Positions 52,771 to 64,000 of a stretch of 64,000 nucleotides of DNA are shown here, in pieces. Below the pieces are notes generated by a model that saw nothing but the letters and a program-made list of their open reading frames with translations, did no database searches and had not been told where the DNA came from. A program made the position numbers and the translations under genes. Source of the stretch: Octopus bimaculoides (Eukaryota); assembly GCF_001194135.2 (NCBI RefSeq), contig NC_068981.1, positions 170,709,316 through 170,773,315 on the forward strand, written 5' to 3'. Position 1 is the stretch's first letter; each line of letters opens with the position of its first letter.

Positions 52771-52775
<5 letters not shown>
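52215..52775 (+). mobile_element. Hammerhead-bearing non-coding unit: inverted segment plus ~350-bp partial tandem repeat (Penelope pseudo-LTR or retrozyme-like)
   Basis: 52215-52310 is an inverted copy of ~52375-52461, with the first 26 nt perfect. 52335-52420 is directly repeated at 52686-52770. The hammerhead at 52580-52632 lies between the direct repeats. Confidence 0.65.
52580..52632 (+). ncRNA. Type I hammerhead ribozyme with 14-nt palindromic stem III
   Basis: TCTTAA CTGATGA C-GCAA-CGGAAA-TTGC-C GAAA CTGACGCGTCAG TA TTAAGA gives a perfect 6-bp stem I, an intact core, a GUA triplet and a C.C mismatch at 10.1/11.1. Confidence 0.85.
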
Positions 52776-52813
<38 letters not shown>

Positions 52814-53399
52814 AATGAAATTCCAACTTAGTCTGATTTTGACGTTCTATTTTTTGCAATCTAACAATTTTACGATATTGAAATAAACTAGTACTTTCAT
52901 GCGTTACGCAATCATTAGGTTTATATAGTGACAATCATGTTTCACTATTAACAACTGTAGTACAATGGTTATATTTATCCTGTAACTCCCCTCCGATGGG
53001 CTACGGCAGGCTGAATCTTACGAACTGCATTTAGAGCAATTAGCACGTGGCTTACATATCACTGTTTTGTGAGCCGGCCAATTAAGTTCTAACTGTATGT
53101 CGACCAATTAGTATGTGACTTAGACGTCATGAATTGGTGGGCGCATCAAAGATTCTTTATTTTCACCGCATCTAAAGGAATGTTTGTTTGACTATATTCC
53201 GAAATGTTGTAAGCAACATTCCTGTTTTCATTGAATTCTATTGTTACTCCAGACATGTTTACATTTCAATCGAGTCGTACATTTTGTCAACACAACTACC
53301 TTCCTTCTATCACCTTTATTATTGTTGTTATAAGTGGTGGTGGTAGCAGTAGTAATAGTAGTAGTAGGAGTATCACCATCCTCATTATAATTAGCACTG

Positions 53400-53800
53400 T
53401 TACTCTCCATTTCGAACTGGTTTGAATTTATCAATAAAATTCTTTTCTATGACTTTTCACTTGAGTTGTATAGTTTGTTGAATGGGAATATTATAAACGT
53501 TTTTCACGACATGTTGCTAGATGATTGCTTAAAAGAATTTGCCAGATACCAGGGTCCCTAATTTGCTGTCGGTGCATACAGTGAAGGTTCAGATAATGCA
53601 CTCTCAGCCTGACCAACGAATATCTCTTCACAATTTGGGCATTTGACGCAGTAAATTGAATTTCTGCTTTTACAGTTCATATTTGCATTTGTAAATACTC
53701 TTCTGATTTTTGTGTTCATATATTGAGCGATGTGCATGAACCGACATGTACCACAACGATTATCATTGCATTTACATCAAATGAGTGATTCGTCATTGTT
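53400..53800 (-). pseudogene. Penelope-like element GIY-YIG endonuclease fragment
   Basis: One minus frame reads KCNDNRCGTCRF...NCKSRNSIYCVKCPNCEEIFVGQAESAL. After a frameshift it continues HRQQIRDP...SNHLATC. Confidence 0.85.
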
Positions 53801-53829
53801 GCTTAGGTTTCTGACCTTGGTCACAAGAG

Positions 53830-56800
53830 CTCTCACTGCAGGATAAGGTTAGGAGGATCGAACGCAAAAAGTTCTAAAGTGTTTTCAGCAGAAAGTGAAT
53901 ACGACGCAAAAACAAGAATATCCATACACGTAAAGATAAATAGTGTAAATATTAAATTACACTTGGATACGAGTAGTGGTATTTTAACCACAAATACATA
54001 TACGTGGAAGAATATTGAGAAGCTAGTGTTTCGTAAAACAGTGAAAATTGCGTGTGGCGTGACATGCAATAAATTACATATTATGGGCGAAAGGTGTACA
54101 GACGTCACATTTCAAAGAGAATTACGCAAAGCAAAAACTTTCATTGCGGATAATACAGTCAATCTGTCTAGTACAGATTGGCTGGAGTTATTGACTTATG
54201 GCACCTCCCATAAGTCTTTATTGCGAAAAATATAAATGGTTGCCCCATTAAAAATAAATCGTCTGATGTTTCTTCAGGTAATATCGGAGGACTTAGGTCT
54301 ATGTAAATTGACTGAAGCCTGCTTTACTGTATTTAAATCTAACAGAAGAGTACCGTTCGCAGCATTGAAAATCGTAGATGAAGAGTTAGACAGACTGGGA
54401 AAGAGTGGAATCATCAAAGTGTGGATTACTCTAAGTGGGCGGGATCCATGTTGTTCATTAAAAAGATAATAAAAAAAGTAGGCTGCGTGCTGATTTTTCT
54501 ACAGGATTGAACGACTGCTTAACGACATGTCACCATCCATTCCCGACTCCAGAGGATATTTTCGAAAAATTAAATGGCGGAAGATATTTTTCCAAATTGG
54601 ATCTGTCTGACGCCTATTTATAGATTAAATGAATGACAAATGCTCAGAGTATCTGACAATAATAGACATAGCGGATTGTACAGATATACCCGGTTGCATT
54701 TTGGATTAAAGGTTGCACCGGCAATATTTTAGCAAATCATGGACGCTATGTTATATCATTTTGAATTTTCAGTCCTTTATTTGGACGATATTTTAAGAGT
54801 AATTCTTGTGAACAGCATGCGGAGCATATAAAAGTTGTGTTCAACAAAATTAAAGAGTACGGGTTCATTTTGAGCGAAGAAAATAGCGAACTCTTTTTGC
54901 TTCAAATTAAATACTTAGGGCAAGTAACTGATAAAAATGGTAGACGGCGTGACCCGTCGAAGGCAGACGCCAAAAAGAATATGCCCGCTCCGACAAATAT
55001 ACTAATATTGGTCGGTTAACTGCCAAAATGCGTTTGAAGAAAAAAAAAATTCTAACCGCAGATTTGTCTCTAGCGAATTTCGATCATGGACATTGTTGTA
55101 GCTTCTGATGCTTCAGGGTACGGAATAGGAGCAAGTTTGCTACACAAGTATAAGAATGGAAGTATCAAACCAGTGATGCATGTTTCGCGCTCGCTGATAA
55201 CGACAGAGAAAAAATACACTCAGATAGAGAAAGAAGCCTTACCGATTATCTTTGTTTCCAAAAAAATTTCACAGGTTTCTACGTGGTAGAAGTTTTCTGT
55301 TACAAACAGATCATCGACCATTGCTATCAATTTATTTGGTCGAAAAATGGGTAACCTATCCATAGAGCAAACCGGCTACAACGTTGTGGTATAATATTAC
55401 TAAATTCCCATTTCAAAATGCAGTATATTCCATCGAAAAAAAATTCGTCATGCAGAGTGTCTATAGAGATTAATTACCAAAAATACAGAACCACTTGAAG
55501 ATACCGTGATAGCTGCACTGCAGGCAGAAAATGAATTAAAAAGTATTATAACTAATTTTATCCAAAACTGCCAGTGACTGCACAGGATATACGAATGAAA
55601 TCTGTAGGCTATGAATATATTACGAAAATTAAAGAAGCTTTAAAAAATAAGCAGAATAAAAATACAATTTCGAGTGTTTTCTCAATATGCGACGATATTC
55701 TGATGTATGCGCAAAGAGTTGTAGTACTGACTACATTACAAAAACCAGTATTGTAGCAATTCCACAGCGGACACTCGGGAATGTCGAGGATGAAAGCGCT
55801 GATGAAGAGCTACGTCTATTGGCCGCCTGTGAACCGGAATAGCAAAAATTTGGTGAGAACTTGTCGAGGTTGCGCGCTCGCGGCCAAAGCTCCACCGGTA
55901 AAATATCAATCGTGGCCGGAGACTGATAACTCATGGTCCAGGTTACATATCGACCATGCCGGACCAGTGAACGGCGCTTACTATCTAATCGTGGTAGACA
56001 GCTGTACAAAGTGGCCAGACTTATGCAGGTGCAATAATCCAACCGCTAAGACAACTATAAAATTCCTATATGAATTGTCTGCGCGATACCTTCCAGATGC
56101 GTTAGTTTCTGATAACGGAACGCCATTCTCGGGGTATGAATTCAAGAACATCTGTAAAATGCATGCGGTAAAGCATATTTTCGCTTCACTCTATCTCCCG
56201 AAGTCAAATGGGAAGGTAGAAAGATTCGTGGACACGTTCAAAAGAGTGTTAAGAAAAGCTAAGAATGAATTAAGTAACGACGAAGCACTAACAAAATTAA
56301 AGGTATATACAGTAATCTCCAATCTAAGTGTAAATTCAGTGCAATTTCACCCGCAGAGTTGATGTTCGCGAGAAGAATAAAATCGGTTTTTGATAAGTTA
56401 TTGCCAGAGAAAAAGATGTAAAGGAAATACGAAAGATCCAACGAAATATTTCGAAGTCGGAGATTAAGTGCATTTTAAAAACCTACAGAGATGGTAAAAA
56501 AAAGTTTGGGGAAATGACCTTGTAATAAAAAAAAATAGGAAGTATGAGGCATCAAATTAAAGGGCCACGCTGGGAACATAGGCGACACATAACCCAGCTA
56601 AAGAAGAGACGTACCGAAGAACGGAGAGAAATTTCTATGGAAGTACTTTTGGATGCATTCAATGTCCCAGTAGCGAAAGTAATGGAGTCCCGTAGGACCA
56701 GCATGAGAAAACAGAAGCAAGCCTAACGCCTAGAGATAAGACCCAAGCGAAAAACATACTAAACAATAATAATGATAAATAAAATTCCTTTATTCCTTCG

Positions 56801-57086
56801 GAACGCGAAATCTCAAAAAGGGAAATGCTGTGGCGAGAGTACGACACCCTCTGACGAGAATGGAAGGGAACACAACATATAAATAGTAGCGTTCTAACGT
56901 AGTCGGCAGTTCGTAGTTTCGTCTTCGAGATCCAGGTACAGTTTACAGTTCGAGTTAGTGTGTTGGAAATACTGACTGTCGATTCATTGCATGTTTGTTA
57001 CTGCCGCTGTTTTTATTTTGTATTGTTATAACATTATTATAGTGTATTATTTATCTATCGTCGACGATATCAATTGTACTACGATA
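53830..57086 (+). mobile_element. Ty3/Gypsy LTR retrotransposon, 3' portion (protease-RT-RNase H-integrase plus 3' LTR), decayed
   Basis: The domains appear in Gypsy order: LDTSS (protease), YRY.RL.FG.KVAPAIF and LDDI (RT), DASGYGIGA and YTQIEKEAL (RNase H), then HSGMSRMK..CRGC, LHIDHAGP, SDNG and SNGKVERF (integrase). There are many stops and frameshifts. Confidence 0.92.
56826..57086 (+). repeat. Putative 3' LTR of the Gypsy element
   Basis: A polypurine tract AAAAGGGAAA (56816-56825) is followed by TG..., a TATAAATA at ~56879 and an end ...ACTACGATA. No 5' LTR was found, so the end point is approximate. Confidence 0.6.
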
Positions 57087-58243
57087 TTGGAGGTGTGAGA
57101 ATATAACAATAATAACGGAGGAATGACCTTTATTTTCTTCTACCGGTGAGTCTTAAGTCAGATATTTGGAAGACAATTTTGTAAAATCTTGTCTCTGAAA
57201 ATAAAGTCAGGCTGGATTTGCATTTGAGGTCTTGCATGTGGCTCTAGAATATACAGTTTCTCTAAATGAAAAGTCCTGTAGTACATAATATACTAGACTA
57301 TAACTATATCTTAACAATGATGATCCAGGTTATGTCTGACTGTCATCTCCTAAGTCTCTCATTTCCCAAATGGAATGGAGCAGGAAAGTGGAAGATTACA
57401 GATTTGAAGTTTACATCTAACGGTAAACAAAAGTGTTGCTTTAGCAAACATCAATGGGATCGAATGAAATTCAATATGCTACTGCTTCCGAAAGGCAATA
57501 CACCTACACAGGGCGTCATTTCGAAAATATGTGGGTTGATAGGTTGATGCGAGTATTTCAGTTTGACGTGTAATTCTAGATGAGACGATGCTGATTGAAG
57601 AATAATTAATCTTAAGCTTATGAGCATTGTAAAGGATTATGGAGAGCGTGGTGTTCATGTGTAGTCGAAACGTTATGCATTACTTGACAAAGAAAATAAG
57701 CGGTAATATTTGTAGCGATCAATTTCTTCCTAATTTTCGTTTCGTAGTCCACTTGTAAGGCCTTATTCAATTGGATGCTGTCTTTTCAAAAATCTATAGA
57801 TTGCAGATTTACGGATTTAAATCAGTTACTAAAGAAAGCTATTCTCTGCTTTGTTTCGTTTCCCTACATCTTAAGAATACCTCCACAATCGAAACAATTC
57901 CACATATGCAGCACCCTTAAGCGGTGTTCCCTAGTGAACTATTACATCGGACGCAAATCTACTTTAGAAACCTTCTATAGTTAACCAGTTTTTAATTCAA
58001 ATGTGAACAAATTTCGTTACACATCATGAAAATCTCATCGATTAGAAACATAATTATGTAATTTTCAATGCTGAGTAATGCCCGTATGAGTCATTGACAG
58101 TTCAATTACAGATACATATATATATACTCTTCATATCGTATAAGAGTTATTAATTCGAGTTTGTATACGTATCTGAGTGTGCGGACGTGTGTGTGTATGT
58201 GTGTGTATGTGTGTGTGAGAGAGAGATAGAGAGAAAATACACA

Positions 58244-58277
<34 letters not shown>

Positions 58278-58674
58278 NNNNNNNNNNNNNNNNNNNNNNN
58301 NNNNNNNNNNNNNNNNNNNNNNNNNNNNNNNNNNNNNNNNNNNNNNNNNNNNNNNNNNNNNNNNNNNNNNNNNNNNNNNNNNNNNNNNNNNNNNNNNNNN
58401 NNNNNNNNNNNNNNNNNNNNNNNNNNNNNNNNNNNNNNNNNNNNNNNNNNNNNNNNNNNNNNNNNNNNNNNNNNNNNNNNNNNNNNNNNNNNNNNNNNNN
58501 NNNNNNNNNNNNNNNNNNNNNNNNNNNNNNNNNNNNNNNNNNNNNNNNNNNNNNNNNNNNNNNNNNNATATATATATATATATATATACTGACCCACGCT
58601 GATCCATATAATTACATATAGACAGACAGAAAGACAGACGGAGCGAGAGACAGATAGGTAGGTAAGTAGTTAGT

Positions 58675-58739
<65 letters not shown>
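58675..58739. repeat. (GATA)n microsatellite
   Basis: Direct reading; a similar array lies at ~50275-50335. Confidence 0.95.
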
Positions 58740-60125
58740 CCATAAATGTATTTGTGCGTACCGTGCGTGCTTCTACGGGCGGTGCGATAATAATGGAAAC
58801 ACTTGGAACAAAATTGTAACTCAAATATCAATAATATTTATATTAGATGTATCTCTGAACGATTAAGAGTGTTCAAACGTTGACGTAATCATGTAATGCT
58901 TTACGATTGTAATGCGCAAATTTTACAAGACTGGCTTTAATATCATTATGTTATTTTGCAGTCATATATAAATAAATAATTATCACAGTATATCAGAATA
59001 TGTTCACTTATTTGTGTTTGGGTAAATGGACATACTTACATAAACATATGTATGCATGTATATGTATGTGTACAAGCATGTACATCATATATATATATAT
59101 GTACGTGTACAGAGTTATTCAGTATATATGTATGTACGTATTTATGTATGTATGCATTCATATGTGTATATATGCATAAGAGTGTAGTCGGTGTATTTCT
59201 AATATCATGCTGATTGTTTGTGACATTTTGCATATATCCATTTGATGATTATGCGCTATAACGTATTCCTTGTTTACTTGAACGCATAGTGAATATTTGA
59301 CTTTGAATTTGGTCTTGTGGATTCTCTTTATAAAATATCGATAAATAATGAAGGCGTTCATAATGTGATGTACGCATTACCTTCATTAGATATTGTCTCA
59401 CTAACTGACGTTATTCATGAAAATATTGTTCAGGAAACGAATTTATTTTCGAAATGTCCTGTATGTTTCATACTATCAATATATATATATATATATATAT
59501 ATANNNNNNNNNNNNNNNNNNNNNNNNNNNNNNNNNNNNNNNNNNNNNNNNNNNNNNNNNNNNNNNNNNNNNNNNNNNNNNNNNNNNNNNNNNNNNNNNN
59601 NNNNNNNNNNNNNNNNNNNNNNNNNNNNNNNNNNNNNNNNNNNNNNNNNNNNNNNNNNNNNTATATATATTCATATATGCATAGATTGGTAATTTTCCGC
59701 TTTATTATCTCATGATGAATTATTTCTCAGAAAAGATCCAGTAGAATATAATACTAATATTTAACTGACAATTCAAATATTTAAATTTCCTCTATCGCTA
59801 TTGATTCATACCAGATAGTATTATATGACACGGACTTTATCGAGTAACTTAAAGAAAGACATTCTTGGCATGAATATAAATAGAAAAAGAGAGTGCCAAT
59901 ATCACTGTCAAATTGTGGCATGATATATATAAATACCCATTGAGATATACATATACAGACGCATGCATCTATAAGCGTATCGAAGGTGATGTTGTAATAA
60001 TAGTGTTGATGGAATAAAAGAATAAATGGTAGCTAGCAAAAGTGCAAGTGCGTACATAAAAACATATAAGCAGCATCAACAAGCAAGCTCTCTCGCGTGC
60101 ACATGCTCAAAGTTGTGTATCTATG

Positions 60126-60400
60126 TCATTTGTTCAGTTTTATTTCAGTTTTTTTTTTGACAATAGTGAAAGTGCCGGTTTCTAATCTACATCCAAGGCT
60201 CCTTCATTGGAATTTCAGTATCAATAACAGGGTATTTTTCTATGTATATATGTACGGATGTATGTATGCATGTATAGTGCAGATTTGTTTTGTTTTATGC
60301 ATGTACTCTCAAGCATATAGTCGCATATCTAGACATACTCATATATATTTAAGTGATAAACTTCTGGAACGTTTTACAGATTTTTACAGTTCCTGTGATC
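60126..60400 (-). mobile_element. REL non-LTR retrotransposon, CATA-associated family, copy 3 (ORF end plus 3' UTR)
   Basis: It is homologous to the 3' ends of 16144-16685 and 32636-33420 and ends AAATGA|CATAG. Confidence 0.8.
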
Positions 60401-60432
60401 CACACACACGCGCGCACACACACACATACATA

Positions 60433-60474
<42 letters not shown>

Positions 60475-63400
60475 TACATACATTCAACACATTCATACAT
60501 GCACTCAATTTTATGCTGACCATAGCTAGTTATCTTGATTATATGCAGAACTATTTAACCACCAGCCTCCATATTTATGGGCGACATACATACATACTCC
60601 ATTTTGTAATATTATCTTTACATTTTTTGTTTTTCATTATTTTCAGATTTTTGTTGTCCCGTCAGTTTTATCAGGGGTTTTTTCCCCCCTCTTACGAGGT
60701 TGTGAATGTAGCAATAGCTTGCTTAGATTTTTGACTGAGTGATATCTACCATCTAGTACAGATTGGTCAGGATAGATGGGATTATCCATTTTGACAATCC
60801 AGCTTGCAAATTATTATATCATTTGTAAATAGTCATTTCCCCGATAGTTCATATAACACCATCTTTTTGTCAATGTTTAGTTCAGGTTTCAGATTAAGGA
60901 AATCAATCTTAGTACTTCAGTTTGGCTGAAATTGTACTACAGTAGTTTTGCTCTATCTTTTCTAAACAATATATCTAGACGTAGCGAAGATGGCGTCAGC
61001 GATTTCCCATCTGTATACGACAACATAAAAGTTACTGTAACATGACACCTGCACACAGCGGTACTCTTGTGGAGGATGTGTTATTCTCGTAACACGGATC
61101 CGTTGACTGAGGTGAAAACATCGACAGAGCGATTATATATACAATATGTCACCAATATCCCGGGAAGCCCCCTCCAGTAATGCTTTTAAACCTAGACTAC
61201 GGTTAAGTATCTAGATATATCTCTATTTAGTTTTGTTTGACGTTGCCAGTATTTACGCTTTCTCCGGCATTGTTGACCATTATTATCACTCCAGTGACTA
61301 AGACTTTTTTTATGAATTGTATTTTCCAGGAATGCATATTTCCTTAGTAGCTCTTATATTCTCTGTCTGCCCGTATATGAAAAAATAGTTCTTAGATTGC
61401 TACGTACAGCCATCTATTATACGCATTTCCTGAGATTTCCGAGAAGATCACGTCTGCATTGTAGTCGGAAACCTCCCCCTGCCTTTCTTCTTACATCCTG
61501 GGTTATGTGAGGAGGAAGATTCTGTGTAATTTTGGGAATAATCCAAGAGAATATTTTGATTACTATTGATAGAATATGATTCTTCGAGAACTTACTCTGC
61601 CTGACCCATTTCTTCATGGAAAATTTTGTCAATATCAGCATCTTCTGGTATCGATATCTCATGTCATGTTTTACTGAAAAGAGTGTGTACTCTTTTGGGA
61701 AAGCTAAGTCTATCCAATTTCTAGATTTCACCAGGAACTCCAACTCAAAAATAGTCGCTGCCTTTCCTTAAATAGGAGATTACCCATCAAACTGGCCCCT
61801 GTTAATTATGTCAACAAGGATTGAACTGGCATGTTGCTTTATGCTAGCAAACCACACACTGTTTATGCCAGCAGGCGCAAACATTATATGTTGAAACTGT
61901 TCATTTTATCACTTCAAAACTCTCCTATTACCTGAGAGAACTACCTTTTCATCGATCCATTTCGGTGTAGCGAGAACTACTTCAAGTTTTCTACAATTCT
62001 TTGACTCGTTGATAGAAATTATTCATGCCGATCATATCAGTGTTCCATTAGGGATCCTCTGCCTTCTAATTCTAATATTTGAACTTTATTCCTACCGGAT
62101 AAATTTGAAGCAATCCTTGAGTATATTTGTAAGCTGTCTTTCTCAAACGTGCGTTTCTAATATCTATCACGTCAATGTGCAGTGGGGCTGACTTATTTTC
62201 TGTAGAAGCATTTTCAATTTACATTCATTTCGGTTCAACTAATCTTGGTGTTTTCAATTAATAAGGTATTAGTGCTCCCATACACTACTTGTCGATTACA
62301 CGGCATTCCAGGTTGATCATCGATTCTTTTTGCACATCTCATTGGACAACGTGCCTTGGAAATCTCTTGCTTTAATTTCACTTTCTATGTATAGTCCGAG
62401 GTTATTTAGCAACTACCTTGCCAGGTTTAGAAGGTGTCAGTTTTACATTCGATCCAATAGTTTGCGCCTATACAGCTCTGATTCGGTGTACATCCCTTAT
62501 ATCTGCCTGTTGTATAATGAAAAGAAAAAAGGAAAGAGACAGATATATGGTGTTGTACATAGCGAAGACAAACCAACGTTGTTTGGATTTAGTTTCCTGT
62601 CTGAACACGCTGTTTATCATTGCTAGATAGAGCTCAGTACACATATTTAATAAAAACTTACAATTTGAGTTGCACAAATCAATATTATGTTTGAACATTA
62701 ATACAGATAACTTTCTCTGTTATAACTTTTTGCTATATTGGCGTTACAGAGACTGTTACGTATTATATATGCTAACAAGTTATAGAAAACGCACATATTT
62801 CCCCTGGAGTTTAAGATACTTATGACATATGCACCTATTAATGTAGTACAACTGCTTTTTGTCAGTAGGTATCTCTCTGTCCACCATATATATATAAGTG
62901 TGTGTGTATACATACATACATACATACATACATACATACATACATACATACATACATACATACGTACGTACGTACGTACATACATACAACAGTTGTATTA
63001 CAGCTTTTACAGATTTCGTAAATTCGGTTCATTGTTAAATATAAATATATATATATATATTGAGATTAGATATATCTTTTTTATTACAGTTCAAAAATTT
63101 GTCAGAAAATTCTTTATTTTCCCTGTTGTGTGTGGGTTGTCACGATAATTATTATATAAATAAGATTTATGAGAGACTTTTGCACCAGTTCGTCTCAACA
63201 GGATAGATTTATACAGAAAATCCTCAGATGGAAATACTCCAGATGGAAACAATATTAGTAAATGTTTCTTTAATTTGAGATAGTGAGCTCAGCTTATTGC
63301 TAGAAGGAATGATCGTCGTAGACAAATACAGTAAGAATACATTATGTGTTCTGATTACGGGATGTTAGTCGATATTGTGGATTGACATTCCTGTTGTCTT

Positions 63401-64000
63401 TAATTCTAGATTACGTCCTACGATAAAATTTTGCCGTTCCAGCTTTGAAAACAACTAACGTTTTTTCGTTGCTTTTTTATGATGAAGGATTCATTCGTCG
63501 AATTATTTTCTGTTTCTTCTTTTTTCTTCTTTTATCTTCTGTTCTAAGACTGTGCAAAAAGGATCAAAGATTTTTCGGCTGATATTTTAGCTTCTTTCCC
63601 GACAACTTAAATCATCCTTCCTTTGCAAGAGAATATTGCTATTATTATTATTATTATTATGTTGTTTGTTTTTTCTTCTTTCTTCAAAAATTCTTCCATT
63701 TCTCGCCGACTGTTTTCCGTACACATAGGGCAGAGAAAGTCATTGTATGCATTCCCAGTTTACACACGCAAATTCACAGGTAAAATATGTATTTAAAAAA
63801 TAAATAAATTGATAAATAAATAAATTCATGAATGGATGTTGTTTTCACAGCGATAATGCTCTTCTCAGTACATGAGTCGTTCCAATTATTATTATTATTA
63901 TTATTTTATGTTTGACTTTTGTTTTGCATTTGTACAAGTTGGATCCAAGTCTCACCCAGAGACCTCAAGAGACAACAAGTTAGAAGTTCATGTAGGTGTT

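Noticed and set aside
60975-61020. AAGATGGCG YY1/initiator-like motif with ATG
   Set aside because: The ORF stops after 12 codons, and a single short motif is not evidence of a promoter.
61417-61743. 108-aa ORF with RKAGGGFRL, reminiscent of retroelement RT
   Set aside because: It is a single short motif with no supporting domains.
1062-63148. Many listed ORFs with YIYI, CVCV, HTHT, SLSL, poly-Y/V/L or X runs
   Set aside because: They are translations of microsatellites or N-gaps, not genes.
1-64000. CRISPR arrays, rRNA, intact tRNA genes, prokaryotic operons
   Set aside because: None were seen. Tandem repeats lack unique spacers, and the tRNA-like segments are SINE heads.

Overview
This is an AT-rich, gap-riddled eukaryotic draft scaffold saturated with microsatellites ((TA)n, (CA)n, (CATA)n, (GATA)n, (TAA)n, (TAG)n). 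The SINE repertoire and microsatellite load suggest a cephalopod, probably Octopus; that assignment is inference from pattern recognition. I found no host protein-coding gene that I can support, and most listed ORFs are microsatellite or N-gap artefacts. The window is a graveyard of decayed transposable elements: a Chapaev3-type transposase, a DD36E Incomer-like Tc1 with both TIRs, two DD34D mariners, two copies of an internally deleted maT-like element, two hAT MITEs, a 3' half Gypsy element with LTR, Penelope-like GIY-YIG remnants, R4/Dong-type REL retrotransposon pieces and three tRNA-derived SINE families. It also holds a U2 snRNA fragment and an Illumina adapter remnant. Two signals stand out. 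(1) There are several minimal type I hammerhead ribozyme folds with palindromic stem III: at 3249, 44452 and 52580, a mirror-image pair inside a ~320-bp foldback at 43447-43768, and several decayed relics. One lies in a ~350-bp partially tandem and partially inverted unit that resembles a non-autonomous Penelope or retrozyme element. (2) One REL retrotransposon family has three copies that all end at a CATA junction, two of them embedded in (CATA)n arrays, while a related family sits in (TAA)n. This suggests divergent microsatellite target specificities.
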